A stretch of DNA of 64,000 nucleotides from an uncultured virus (IMG/VR IMGVR_UViG_3300029916_000002) (IMGVR_UViG_3300029916_000002); one strand, 5' to 3'. Numbered from the stretch's first letter, positions 46,446 through 57,022 are shown. Notes: generated by a model from the sequence alone, not told the origin. A program made the numbers and translations.

Positions 46446-49265
46446 ATGAATAAATTCCCTCAATTACGCGTTAGAACGGGATATAGTTTCAAAAAAGCTT
46501 ACGGCAACATTTCAGAAATAATCGCTCGGCTGAAAGAAATCGATTGCGATACTGCCGCGATGGTGGATTTTGAAACATGGGGCCATGCTCGATTTGAACA
46601 AGCGGCCATTAAAGAAAATATTAATCCTATTTTTGGCATGGAAATCCCAATCAAACATACTATAGACGAGGTGGATTATTTCCCTCGCGCATGGTGTTTA
46701 GCACTGGATACCAAAGAATTTTATCAATTCACGTCTGAAGCATTAATCGGCGTTGAAAAATTCCCCAATAAATCTGCCGGGATCATTCGTTTTCCAGGCG
46801 CGGCCATCGATGCGTTAGATCCCGAAAATTACGATTATGTTGATATTAATCCAGCAAGTTTATTGCTTGCGAAAAAAGGATTATTAGCCGCTGGATTGTA
46901 TGATAAAAAAATAATTCTCACATCCTACAATGATTTTCCGTCGCGCCAATATACATCGGTCGCGAATGCATGGGGAGTCGGCGGATCGATCGCAAATAAT
47001 ACGCTTTGCACAATAGAGGGATTATGGTTTCAATTACATCAAATAATGTCTAGAGAATTATTTGATCAGGCTGTTGAAAATACTTACGAATTGGCAGAAG
47101 AATTTAAAGGAATTAAATTAGCAAAAGCGCCAATGATTAAGGCGACAGGAAATATTCAGGATTTAGTAGATGAAGGAATTAAAACTCGATTGAAAAAAGG
47201 CCATATTAAAGAATGGAAAAAAGAATATGAACTTCGAATTGCTGAAGAAATCAGCCAAATTATGGCAAAGGATTTTGATAGTTATTTTATTGTCGTTTCT
47301 GATTTGGTACGGTTTGCAAAACAACATATGTTGGTTGGTCCTGCTCGTGGTTCTAGTGCTGGTAGTCTTGTATGTTATGTGCTTGGTATTACCGAAATTG
47401 ATCCCATTGTACATAATTTGTTGTTTCAGCGTTTTATTGATATTAGTCGTGACGATTTGCCAGATATTGATATAGATTTTCCAGATGATAAACGCTATAT
47501 GGTTTTCGATTATTTAAAAGAAAAATATGGCGTTGATTGCGTTGCAAAAGTTGGTAGTGTGAATACATTAAAAGCATTATCTGTTATTGGAAAAGTAAGT
47601 GAAAAATTTAATTTAACGGATGCGGAAAATAGAAATATCAAAAACTCATTGGTGGATTACGCCGCCAATGATGATCGTGCGGCTCATACTTTACGCGACA
47701 CTTTATTGATGACAGATGAAGGGAAAGAATATGCAGAACTACACGAAAAAGCCGCACAATGCATGGTTGCACTCGAAAATCACCCGTCACATTCAGGTGT
47801 TCATGCGGCTGGTATTTTAGTTTGTAATGAACCCATTAATAATTTTTGTACTGTATCTTCATTGGGTATTGCTCAAATAGATAAAAAAGATATCGAGTAT
47901 CTTAATCTATTAAAAATAGATGCATTAGGATTACGGACACTGAGCATTATTGAAGATACTCATGCTATTGCCGCCGATGAGTTATATTCTTTACCGTTAG
48001 ATGATAAAAACGTATTGGATATTTTGAATAACGATCGTGTATTAGGGATCTTTCAGTTTGAAGGTGGCGCAGTCCGCAATGCCACTCGCTCTGTCTATGT
48101 CGATAAATTTTCTAAAATAGACAATTTGACAGCATTAGCGCGGCCAGGACCATTATCTTCTGGCATGGCAAATAAATATATATCACGCGCAAAGGGCACG
48201 ACTCAGGTTGAATATGATTTCCCTGAACTTGAAAAACATCTAAAAGATACTTTTGGCGTATTGCTTTATCAAGAACAGATTATGAATATCGTCCGAGAAG
48301 TTGGCGGACTTGATTGGAAAGAAACTTCCGCAGTAAGAAAGGCCATCGCAAAAAGTAAAGGCGATGAAGCCATTAACAAAATGAAAGGACATTTTATTGA
48401 AGGTGCTCTTAAAAAAAATATTCCAATCGAAAAACTTGAAAAATTATGGTCCGAGATTGTTCAATTTGGTGGTTATTGTTTTAATCAGGCTCATAGTTGC
48501 TCTTATGCTGTCGTCACTTATTGGACGTGCTATTTAAAATATTATCATCAATTAGAATTTTCGGCGGCTTGTCTTCGTGCGTCAAAAAGTGAAGAACAAA
48601 CAATCGCAATATTGCGCGAACTTGTTAGAGAAGGCGTTGAATATACGGCGATCGATCCTGATTATAGCGAATTAAATTGGGTAGTTGCAGATGGTCGATT
48701 AATTGGCGGCATCATGAATGCGAAAGGCTATGGCGACGTTAAAGCGTTAAAATATATCGAAGCGAGAAACGCCGGTAAATTGACTGATAAACAAAAAGAA
48801 CATTTAGCCAATGCAGAAGTACCCTATGCAGATTTGAAAGCGGCGCATACTTTGTTTGATAAATTTTATAAGAACGGTCGTCTGTTGGGTTTCGATAATA
48901 TAGAATACATTCATAATATTGCCGATATTCCAAAAGGTCAGAACGGTTTTTTTATTGCTAAATTAATGAAAAAGAAAATAAGTGATGAAAATGACGAACA
49001 GAGATTAAAAAGGCGCGGCGGAATAAGAAAAACTGGCAATACAAAGTTTATGGATTTAGATTTCATTGACGATTCATTAGACGTTCCGATGAAATTTCGA
49101 ATTAAAGCCGCCGATTATCCATTCCTACAGGAAAAAGCAGACGCCACGACTAAGGGAAAATGGTATTTAATTAGTGGTTGGCGTTTCCAAAATTACGATA
49201 TGATATTCATTGAAAATTTAATGGAACTTGATAGCTCTTATATGGATAAAGATAAGGTTGAATGA
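46446..49265 (+). CDS. dnaE: DNA polymerase III alpha subunit (family C)
   Basis: VGPARGSSAGSLV, PDIDIDF, HAAG, LLKIDALGL, IFQFE, ARPGP, LYQEQIM and FNQAHSCSY. Confidence 0.95.
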   Translation: MNKFPQLRVRTGYSFKKAYGNISEIIARLKEIDCDTAAMVDFETWGHARFEQAAIKENINPIFGMEIPIKHTIDEVDYFPRAWCLALDTKEFYQFTSEALIGVEKFPNKSAGIIRFPGAAIDALDPENYDYVDINPASLLLAKKGLLAAGLYDKKIILTSYNDFPSRQYTSVANAWGVGGSIANNTLCTIEGLWFQLHQIMSRELFDQAVENTYELAEEFKGIKLAKAPMIKATGNIQDLVDEGIKTRLKKGHIKEWKKEYELRIAEEISQIMAKDFDSYFIVVSDLVRFAKQHMLVGPARGSSAGSLVCYVLGITEIDPIVHNLLFQRFIDISRDDLPDIDIDFPDDKRYMVFDYLKEKYGVDCVAKVGSVNTLKALSVIGKVSEKFNLTDAENRNIKNSLVDYAANDDRAAHTLRDTLLMTDEGKEYAELHEKAAQCMVALENHPSHSGVHAAGILVCNEPINNFCTVSSLGIAQIDKKDIEYLNLLKIDALGLRTLSIIEDTHAIAADELYSLPLDDKNVLDILNNDRVLGIFQFEGGAVRNATRSVYVDKFSKIDNLTALARPGPLSSGMANKYISRAKGTTQVEYDFPELEKHLKDTFGVLLYQEQIMNIVREVGGLDWKETSAVRKAIAKSKGDEAINKMKGHFIEGALKKNIPIEKLEKLWSEIVQFGGYCFNQAHSCSYAVVTYWTCYLKYYHQLEFSAACLRASKSEEQTIAILRELVREGVEYTAIDPDYSELNWVVADGRLIGGIMNAKGYGDVKALKYIEARNAGKLTDKQKEHLANAEVPYADLKAAHTLFDKFYKNGRLLGFDNIEYIHNIADIPKGQNGFFIAKLMKKKISDENDEQRLKRRGGIRKTGNTKFMDLDFIDDSLDVPMKFRIKAADYPFLQEKADATTKGKWYLISGWRFQNYDMIFIENLMELDSSYMDKDKVE

Positions 49266-49669
49266 TGTCGAGACCAGAAGATAACGAGTGGAAAGCGTTC
49301 CAAGGATGGGCGCAAGGAAAATTAAAGTTAAATCGCGTTGAAAATATTTTAGGGGATGGGATGCCAGATGTAATCGGAACAAATTGCCATGGAGTAGGAT
49401 TCTGGCTAGAATTAAAAGATCTTGCTGATTGGCCTGTCAGAGATACCACTTGCCCATTGCATAAAAAATTTAGACCAGGGCAATTACCATTTTTGCTCGA
49501 CTGGAAAAGTTGGGGATTTAATACTTACGTCCTGCTTAGGGTAAAAAAGATTTTTTACTTAGTTAATCCTATCGATGGACTGGATAAAGTAACAAAGGAA
49601 GAATTACCAAGATATTTCATTAAAGTGGGAATAAAAGATATTCTTGAATATTTGCGAGAATTAAAATAA
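49262..49669 (+). CDS. PD-(D/E)XK nuclease (VRR-NUC/resolvase-like)
   Basis: RVEN...GMPDV...WLELK...Q motif. Confidence 0.8.
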   Translation: MMSRPEDNEWKAFQGWAQGKLKLNRVENILGDGMPDVIGTNCHGVGFWLELKDLADWPVRDTTCPLHKKFRPGQLPFLLDWKSWGFNTYVLLRVKKIFYLVNPIDGLDKVTKEELPRYFIKVGIKDILEYLRELK

Positions 49670-51171
49670 TGAAAAATAAACCGATGAAACATCAAGAAAC
49701 TGGACTAGAACTTAGCCGAAATAAAAGGAATTTTGCTTTTTTGATGGAACAGGGAACAGGTAAAACTTATTTAACTCTAGCAGATGTAGAAAGACTTTTT
49801 AAGGCGCGTTTAATAAACGCTTTGATGGTCGTTGCGCCGAATGGCGTTCACAGTAATTGGGTATTGCGCGAGATCCCTAAACATATGGATATGTTTGTTA
49901 TTTCCCATTATTGGCAAACTCAAGTGCAAACATTACGTGAAGGTAAAAAATATGAGGCGTTGTTTGCAAATCATTACCCGTCGAACACTCAACCATTGCG
50001 CGTTTTTGCTATTAATATCGATGCATTAAACGCAAAAAAAGGATTTGCGGCGGCGGAAAGATTTTTAAAAGAATTCAAAGTTTTGATGGTTGTTGATGAG
50101 TCATCACGCATTAAAAATCCCTACGCTATTCGCACTAAAAAGGCTATTCGTCTAGGCAGACAAGCTACGGCGCGGCGAATTCTTAACGGTACTCCAATCA
50201 CTAAAGCGCCGACAGATTTATTTTCCCAATTTGAATTTTTAGATCATGCATTGTTAGGAACATCGTCTTATCGGGCATTCGTCTCTGAATTTTCCGTACT
50301 CCTGCCAGACGATGACGATAAAATGCGAGCTATTAAACGTAAGATGGTTAGATCGCCAGAATTGCCGCAAATCGTTGCGAAGGATGCGAACGGAAATCCG
50401 ATGTATCGGAATCTCGACAAGCTGACTAATTTAATCGCGCCTCATTGCTATAGAGTAACGAAAGCAGAATGTCTGGATCTTCCACCGAAAGTTTATCAAG
50501 CAATTGATTTTGAATTATCGACCGAACAAAGAAAAGTTTATGATAAATTATATAACGATCACCTTTATCTTTTCCCCGATGGCGACATCATGAAATCGGT
50601 AAGTTTTGAGGGGATTGCCGTTCGTTCGAAACTTAAACAAATTACGTCTGGGTTTATTAATATTTACGGCGAACCTGTTTTAATGCCGCCAAATGATAAC
50701 CCGCGTATGCTGTTGTTCCGCGATTATTTGGAAGATCTTTATATCTCTGGAAAACAATTTTTAGTATGGGCAATATATAAAGAAGAAATCCGGCAAATCA
50801 TGGCAGCGTTAAAAGAATACGGAATTATCAGCGCGGCGTATACTGGCGACACATCAAAAACAGATCGCGACAATATCATCGATGATATTGCATCAGGAAG
50901 TTTGCAATGCGCAGTCCTACAAGCGCAGGCTGGCGGAGTAGGAATCGAATTTACAAAAGCAACAACATCAATTTATTATAGTTGCTCCGAAGATAATTAT
51001 TTACGTTTGCAATCCGAGGATCGGAACCATAGGATCGGAACGACCGAATCTGTATTGTATCTCGATTTTCTGGCGATGAATACGATAGACCAAAATATTT
51101 ATAATAATAGAATGTTCAAAAATTACATTGCTGGAGTGGTTTTAGATAGTGACTCAATGAACAGATCGTGA
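49669..51171 (+). CDS. SNF2-family helicase
   Basis: MEQGTGKT, VDES, LNGTP, GGVG and QSEDRNHRIG. Confidence 0.93.
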   Translation: MKNKPMKHQETGLELSRNKRNFAFLMEQGTGKTYLTLADVERLFKARLINALMVVAPNGVHSNWVLREIPKHMDMFVISHYWQTQVQTLREGKKYEALFANHYPSNTQPLRVFAINIDALNAKKGFAAAERFLKEFKVLMVVDESSRIKNPYAIRTKKAIRLGRQATARRILNGTPITKAPTDLFSQFEFLDHALLGTSSYRAFVSEFSVLLPDDDDKMRAIKRKMVRSPELPQIVAKDANGNPMYRNLDKLTNLIAPHCYRVTKAECLDLPPKVYQAIDFELSTEQRKVYDKLYNDHLYLFPDGDIMKSVSFEGIAVRSKLKQITSGFINIYGEPVLMPPNDNPRMLLFRDYLEDLYISGKQFLVWAIYKEEIRQIMAALKEYGIISAAYTGDTSKTDRDNIIDDIASGSLQCAVLQAQAGGVGIEFTKATTSIYYSCSEDNYLRLQSEDRNHRIGTTESVLYLDFLAMNTIDQNIYNNRMFKNYIAGVVLDSDSMNRS

Positions 51172-51180
51172 TATTATAGT
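51149..51180 (+). promoter_or_regulatory. Putative promoter with operator core
   Basis: GTGACT-N17-TATTAT; CAATGAAC 51155-51162. Confidence 0.55.
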
Positions 51181-51204
51181 ATTTCATAATCAAGAGGGTA
51201 TAAA

Positions 51205-51906
51205 ATGACTAATATCGAGAAAACGACGACTCAAGATCCTGAAGAAGTGCCGGAACTTGATTTTTTAGTAGGCGATGTACCGCAGGTGGTTTCCGAAACT
51301 ACTCTTGAAAGGTTGGGTGCACTTGCAGAAACGGCGCAGAATTTAACGGACGAAATTAACAAGGATGATGAAGAACTTTCCGAAAAATCGAAGGAGCTTG
51401 CAAATATTTTGCGTGTTCTGATCCCAAATATCATGGATACTCTTGAAATGAAAGAATATACCATGATGTCCGGCGTAAAAATTTCGGTGATAAATAAAGT
51501 TCAGGCGTCGATTGCTGAAAAAAATAAACCAGCGGCCTTTGCGTGGTTGAATAAATACAATTTTGGCGGCATGATTAAGACTACGATTATATCAGAATTC
51601 GGCAAAGAAGAAGTAGAAAACGCCGAAAAGACATTAAAGATGCTGAAAGAACAAGGCGTTTCAGCAGAAATCGTTCAATCAGTTCACGCCCTGACGTTAA
51701 AATCGTTTGTCAAGGAACGTTTGGCGGCGGTTGAAGAAGTACGGAATAAGGTGACTGAAGAAGAAAAGCAAGCGACAATCGACGGTCAAGAATTTGCAGC
51801 TTTTGACGATGAAACAAGTGATGTTGAAAAAATTCCGCCGATCCCTCAAGATATCTTTGGCGTTTTCACGTTCAAAGAAGCCAAAATAGTTGTCCCTAAA
51901 AAATAA
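51205..51906 (+). CDS. Conserved phage replication-module protein
   Basis: AFAWL......G.IK...VH..TLK.FVKE pattern. Confidence 0.7.
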   Translation: MTNIEKTTTQDPEEVPELDFLVGDVPQVVSETTLERLGALAETAQNLTDEINKDDEELSEKSKELANILRVLIPNIMDTLEMKEYTMMSGVKISVINKVQASIAEKNKPAAFAWLNKYNFGGMIKTTIISEFGKEEVENAEKTLKMLKEQGVSAEIVQSVHALTLKSFVKERLAAVEEVRNKVTEEEKQATIDGQEFAAFDDETSDVEKIPPIPQDIFGVFTFKEAKIVVPKK

Positions 51907-51927
51907 TTTCACATAGAGAGCGAATAC

Positions 51928-52836
51928 ATGAGCACATCAAAAGAAATTGCAGCAAAAGAACAAACTTTTACCCCGGCTGTTGAAGAAACAAAAAATTTAC
52001 CGGCAACGGCGTTGGAATTCGATGATGACGAAGCGGGCGCTGGCCTTGAGAATGCAGACATTGAATCGTTTGCTATTCCGTTTTTGCAGATCATGCAGAA
52101 AGGAACTCCGGCAGTAGACGAAGATAAACCGCAATATATCCCTGGCGCGAAGGCTGGCATGTTATTCAACTCCGTGACGCGTAAATGTTACGATGGAAAA
52201 GCAGGTATCGATATTATTCCTGTTTATTATGAACGTACTTATATTCGTTGGGGCGGTCGTAAAGGAGCCAATCCCGGTTTTAAAGGCGTACTTCAACTGG
52301 AAGAAATGGATAAACTGAAACGAGATCCGACGCAAGTCAAAGAAATAGAAGGTAAATTTTATGCCGTAGAAAAAGACGGCACCGTAGATGTGCAAAAAAG
52401 CGATTATTTCGCCGATACGCGCAGTCATTTTATCTATATCATCGATCCCGATACCGGCGAATACAGTCGCGCTCTGTTTCCGTTAACCTCGTCGCAGGTT
52501 AAATCATCAAAAATACTGATGACGTTGTTGAAAGAAAAATTGGTGATCCGCAAGGACGGCAAAAAAATTAATCCGCCGACTTACGCCAATGTTATTCACG
52601 TCACAACAACTGCTCTTTCGGACAATCAGGGAAATACATGGTCAGGCGTTGAATTCACTCCGGTCCGCTTGTTGAATGGTGCAGACGTTGAACTTTATAC
52701 GGCGGCTAAGCAATTCCACAACGATGTCAAAGGAAATACGGTTCCGGTCGACTATTCCAAGGCGGATTACAACAACGGGGCGGCGGAAGAAGACGAAACC
52801 ACTTACGATAAACCGAAAGAAGCTAAAACTTTTTAA
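51928..52836 (+). CDS. Putative ssDNA-binding/annealing protein
   Basis: IPFL.IMQ..P....YIPGAKAG; acidic C-terminal tail ending in F. Confidence 0.6.
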   Translation: MSTSKEIAAKEQTFTPAVEETKNLPATALEFDDDEAGAGLENADIESFAIPFLQIMQKGTPAVDEDKPQYIPGAKAGMLFNSVTRKCYDGKAGIDIIPVYYERTYIRWGGRKGANPGFKGVLQLEEMDKLKRDPTQVKEIEGKFYAVEKDGTVDVQKSDYFADTRSHFIYIIDPDTGEYSRALFPLTSSQVKSSKILMTLLKEKLVIRKDGKKINPPTYANVIHVTTTALSDNQGNTWSGVEFTPVRLLNGADVELYTAAKQFHNDVKGNTVPVDYSKADYNNGAAEEDETTYDKPKEAKTF

Positions 52837-52843
52837 TTCACTG

Positions 52844-52867
52844 TCGCGGCTGTCATGGCCGCGCTTT
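52844..52867 (+). repeat. Hairpin TCGCGGCTRTCAYGGCCGCGCTTT, copy 2 (terminator-like)
   Basis: 22/24 identical to the minus strand of 38269-38292. Confidence 0.75.
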
Positions 52868-53005
52868 GATTGGAGAATAATAATGTTTAATATATTTAAA
52901 AGTAAAATAGATAGTGGTGAATAATGGGTTGATCACGATAATATTTTTTGCATTATTCATATTAATATTATTCTTCATGTTCTCTCTTAATATAGGATTT
53001 TAATC

Positions 53006-53401
53006 ATGTCTAGTGTATATGTCACTTGCTGTACTCCAAAAAGCAAACCTGTTTTACATGTCGAAGATTTTAAAAAATTTTATGTTAATCTTACAGATGT
53101 CGGCGGCGATGGTCAGCCAGAAAGAGCATGGCATTTTGATGCCGGTCATCATGGCCGAATTTCTATTTTAAGTCGCGGGACGGGATTTGAATACCGTGAT
53201 GTAGAAACGGGATACCGCGATACGTGGTCAATGGTAGCAAGGGGACATGATAATTATGGAAAGAATTTTTGGCTTGCATCAGGGCATTTGGATATAAGGG
53301 ATAGGATTCTTTATAATGATGGAGAAATGAGTTGGGATGATGCAGTTGCCTGGATTAAAGAACGCGCAAATACGTGTATTGGAGTCGAAGATGTGGAGTG
53401 A
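53006..53401 (+). CDS. Hypothetical protein
   Basis: AGGA RBS; 131 aa. Confidence 0.7.
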   Translation: MSSVYVTCCTPKSKPVLHVEDFKKFYVNLTDVGGDGQPERAWHFDAGHHGRISILSRGTGFEYRDVETGYRDTWSMVARGHDNYGKNFWLASGHLDIRDRILYNDGEMSWDDAVAWIKERANTCIGVEDVE

Positions 53402-53481
53402 TCTTACTAAACCGTTAGGCGCGATTTTATGGATATTAGCTATTTGGCTTATTATTAAATTATTTTAAGGGAAATAAATAA

Positions 53482-53649
53482 ATGAATAAGTTTATTGTAT
53501 TGGTTTTTTACGCTTCTTTTATTATTAATTTTTACCGTACTATTTATTTCACAATAAAACAAGTATTGCGACCAATGAGAGACACTTTTTTCATTTGGTC
53601 TATTATATACGGTTTTTGTGCATTCTACACAACAGTGCATTGGTGGTAA
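53482..53649 (+). CDS. 55-aa two-TM membrane protein (absent from the ORF track)
   Basis: AAGGG RBS; MNKFIVLVFYASFIINFYRTIYFTIKQVLRPMRDTFFIWSIIYGFCAFYTTVHWW; ends 2 nt before the MTase ATG. Confidence 0.55.
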   Translation: MNKFIVLVFYASFIINFYRTIYFTIKQVLRPMRDTFFIWSIIYGFCAFYTTVHWW

Positions 53650-53651
53650 TT

Positions 53652-54176
53652 ATGGACTACGAAGAAAGTAGCAGTACGACGCCGTTAATATTAAAGGATT
53701 CGTGGGGAACACCAAAGCCAGTTTATCGATATTATGATAAACGATTTAACTTTGTCGCCGATGTCGCGGCCAGTTCTACCAATGCTTTACATAAAAATTT
53801 TATTGATGAACGGTCAGACTCGCTTAAAGTTCCTTGGGATTTGTTTGGTAAAGCGCCTTATTATGTATGGTGTAATCCACCTTATTCTGACATTACGCCC
53901 TGGATAAGAAAAGCCGCAGCGGAAAGAGATTTGCGTAAAATCGGTACTGTTATGTTATTACCGAATCAAACTGCAACAACATGGTTTAAAGAGGGACTTT
54001 CTACGTGCGATGAATTTGTTATCGTAACAAAAGGAAGATTTTCTTTTATAAACGGATTCACTTTATTGCCAGACGGATCGCCGCGCCTAGGTTCAGTATT
54101 TTTTATATGGCATCCAATATCTACCAATAAACTAAAAATGAAGACTGTCGATCGTGATACATTAATGAGAGCGTAA
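53652..54176 (+). CDS. Phage DNA N6-adenine methyltransferase (Dam-like, T1/HP1 type)
   Basis: D.W.TP, F..DVAA...NA and WCNPPYS motifs; start moved to MDYEE. Confidence 0.88.
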   Translation: MDYEESSSTTPLILKDSWGTPKPVYRYYDKRFNFVADVAASSTNALHKNFIDERSDSLKVPWDLFGKAPYYVWCNPPYSDITPWIRKAAAERDLRKIGTVMLLPNQTATTWFKEGLSTCDEFVIVTKGRFSFINGFTLLPDGSPRLGSVFFIWHPISTNKLKMKTVDRDTLMRA

Positions 54177-54347
54177 TTAAGGAAATTATAATGCAGTATT
54201 TTATTCCTCAACTAATATTAGATAAATATCAAAAAGTCGTCCTACTAAATTACGGTATATTTATTGGACGAAACGTGGAATAATAGCCAGACGTGCATTA
54301 ACCTTGCTCGCTTTAGTTTCGGTTAAGCCTCAAAAGGATGTAAGTAT

Positions 54348-54827
54348 ATGAATTCTAAAGAGTTATTCCTCAATATTTATCAAATTAAAGCAGATCCAGC
54401 CCTGAGATTCAACTTTCCATTAAGGAATATTAATCATTTTGATAGAAACGTCGCCGTTCATATCGCCCGTAATTCGGGAAAGCATATTAGTCATATCACG
54501 ATGGAATTTCCCGGTACTAAGGCTTGCTATTTATGCGTATTAACGTTCAACACACCAAATGATTTAGGCATTGGATTATTTGGCTTCGCAATGATGCACA
54601 TCAAATTAACTCTTCCTCAAAAAGCCCTTGTATTATTGTCATGTCTTAAGTTTCTCATCGACAATAAATTGCTTAACGCAGACTTTAATTATTTTAAAGA
54701 AAAAATATCAATGGATCTCAACGATTCAGGTCGTGTCGTTCTTGACCAATATGATAAAGTTTGCGCAGCGACTCATTCTTTTCTTAAGGAACAAGAAACG
54801 GCCAGTACTCAAGATACTCTCGATTAA
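54348..54827 (+). CDS. Hypothetical protein
   Basis: AAGGA RBS; upstream of the VirE helicase. Confidence 0.7.
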   Translation: MNSKELFLNIYQIKADPALRFNFPLRNINHFDRNVAVHIARNSGKHISHITMEFPGTKACYLCVLTFNTPNDLGIGLFGFAMMHIKLTLPQKALVLLSCLKFLIDNKLLNADFNYFKEKISMDLNDSGRVVLDQYDKVCAATHSFLKEQETASTQDTLD

Positions 54828-54849
54828 AAATTTTCGGGAGATATTTTAA

Positions 54850-56586
54850 ATGTCAACTAAAGGTAAAAAAGATGAATCAGTTAATTCTGACAGCGTTCTT
54901 GATAGGATCGGGCGTGTTCTTGACGCAAACGGCGATCCATCTGACAATTTTACTCTCGAAGACGGACAGACGGCAATTGAAAGCCAAAATACAATTAATG
55001 CGCAAGCGGAGGCTAGAGCAAGAAAAAGCCGAATTCTAAAGCAAAATGAGGAATCTGAATTCGAGCGCAAAAAGATTTATAAGGTGAAAGACATTATTGA
55101 AAGGGCTAAGGCTCTATCATTGCTAGGGCAGAATGCAATAAAATATATTCATTTTATTAAATCAAAACAAAACAAAGATCATCCGATTGAAATTTCCGTA
55201 CGGCCCAATCCTGCCAGTGAATTAAATTTGATGGCAGTTTTTGACGCGTTGTATGATTACGGATCTGGCTCCGTTCCATTTCCACATCAAGACACGTTCG
55301 GGCAAAGGTTAGTAGACGAATTTGGGGAACCACTAACAAATAAAAATATCCGTATTCGTGATTTAATGACGGCTATTAATATTTGCGGAATGGACAATCC
55401 ACGTTCGATTAATGTTCTTGCCGCGCTGAAAACATGGGCCGTGGATCATGAGTCAGATTTTCTGCAAGATCATTTTGAGAAAACAATTCCAAAATGGGAC
55501 GGTATTAGTCGCCTGGAAACGGAACTCATTAAAATATTTGGTTCAGATGATACGAAGTTGAATAAAGAATTTGGTCGTTATTTTTGGTTATCGTTATATA
55601 ACCGAATAATGAAGCCAGGATCATTTGCTCCGTTATCGCTGGCATTAATAGGTGCTCAACGTTCAGGAAAATCTTATTTTTGTGTCCTGTTGTGCAAATA
55701 TTTAATGGGTGATGAAAAGTATAAACCAGTACAGTTAGATTTAAGCGTTAATAATTACAATAATTTTCTGCGTGATATTACAGGGAAATCCATTGTTGCG
55801 AATGTTGGCGAACAAATAGGTTTAAAAAGCGGTGACCTTAAGCGCATTAAAGAATTTGTGCCTAAAGCCGCCGACGATTTAAATTTTAAATTCGAGAATT
55901 CTATAACGAAAGCTCGACAATGGATCGTCGTAATGGATGGTAACTCATACGAAGGTTTGCAACGTGACGAAACAGGCAACCGGCGTTTTTATCCGATGTT
56001 TGTCGGACAGTTACCGGATAAAGATGGACAGCCGGATTGGAAAAAAGAATTTAAAGCAGACTTCAGTACATTTGAACAGGATCTCTGGCAAATAATGGCA
56101 GAATGCCGTGCGTGGATGGAAGAACATTCACAGGTGGATTATGTTAAAGTTGTGGATGATATTAGTCTTAACGTCATGCAGTTTTCAGAAAAGGAACAGT
56201 CTTCGCTACGTGGCATTATTAAAGACCGTTTCATTGAAGATAACTTACTGGATATTTTGCTACACTGTAATTTTAGAAAAGTAGGAAAGAATTCAAAGGA
56301 ACAAGGGTGGTTTACTTCTACTTTTGAAATTTTACAACAATTCTTAAACAGAAAAAAGAAGGAGCCGTTTTCAAAAACATTAAAGATGTACATGGAGGGA
56401 TATGGTTTTGTTACCAAGCAAATAGCCTATCGCGGATATTTTCTAACGCGTGATTTAAGCGAAAGAGATTTTAAACTTTATTTATTGCGCGGCGGTAAAC
56501 CTGAGAAACAATTTAGCTCAGATGAATTAAAAGAATTCGAATTAGAATGTGATCGGTTAATTAGCAAAAATTCAGGATCTTTTTAA
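54850..56586 (+). CDS. VirE/VapE-family P-loop ATPase (replicative helicase)
   Basis: PKWDG..RL, Walker A GAQRSGKS and RDETGNRRFYP. Confidence 0.9.
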   Translation: MSTKGKKDESVNSDSVLDRIGRVLDANGDPSDNFTLEDGQTAIESQNTINAQAEARARKSRILKQNEESEFERKKIYKVKDIIERAKALSLLGQNAIKYIHFIKSKQNKDHPIEISVRPNPASELNLMAVFDALYDYGSGSVPFPHQDTFGQRLVDEFGEPLTNKNIRIRDLMTAINICGMDNPRSINVLAALKTWAVDHESDFLQDHFEKTIPKWDGISRLETELIKIFGSDDTKLNKEFGRYFWLSLYNRIMKPGSFAPLSLALIGAQRSGKSYFCVLLCKYLMGDEKYKPVQLDLSVNNYNNFLRDITGKSIVANVGEQIGLKSGDLKRIKEFVPKAADDLNFKFENSITKARQWIVVMDGNSYEGLQRDETGNRRFYPMFVGQLPDKDGQPDWKKEFKADFSTFEQDLWQIMAECRAWMEEHSQVDYVKVVDDISLNVMQFSEKEQSSLRGIIKDRFIEDNLLDILLHCNFRKVGKNSKEQGWFTSTFEILQQFLNRKKKEPFSKTLKMYMEGYGFVTKQIAYRGYFLTRDLSERDFKLYLLRGGKPEKQFSSDELKEFELECDRLISKNSGSF

Positions 56587-56620
56587 AGTGAGGTTGATAT
56601 GACGACCTAATGAGGATAAA

Positions 56621-57022
56621 ATGAACTTTCTTAAAAGTGTTTGGCAAAAAATTAAACAATGGTTTAGTAAAGATGTTCAATCAAAACTAAAGGTGAATTC
56701 TATGAGCGATGCAAGCGTAATTAATAATGAAGTTAAACCGATTCAGATTGTTGACGGTGTCGCAAATGTCATCAGTGATCCTCTCCAAGCTCAGCCGCAG
56801 CCCATTGCTCCGGTTCAAACTGGCGTGCTCCCATCAGCCGCGAATGTTAATACTGTAACAACCGGCACTAAAACTGTAGCCGTTAATTCTGGCGTACCGG
56901 TAAAGGTTGCCCGGACGCTACAGGATAAAATATCGTTATATAAGAAATTCAAAGAAGTATTGGGAGAGGACTTTGACGATGTTGAAGCCGATTTCATCAA
57001 TATCTTGGACAAACTTATCTAG
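56621..57022 (+). CDS. Hypothetical protein with amphipathic N-terminus
   Basis: GAGGA RBS; followed by a terminator. Confidence 0.65.
   Translation: MNFLKSVWQKIKQWFSKDVQSKLKVNSMSDASVINNEVKPIQIVDGVANVISDPLQAQPQPIAPVQTGVLPSAANVNTVTTGTKTVAVNSGVPVKVARTLQDKISLYKKFKEVLGEDFDDVEADFINILDKLI

Noticed and set aside
46446..49265. Intein or intron in DnaE (also checked terL and the helicases)
   Set aside because: Motifs are contiguous, sizes are compact, and I see no C...HN splice junctions or homing-endonuclease motifs.
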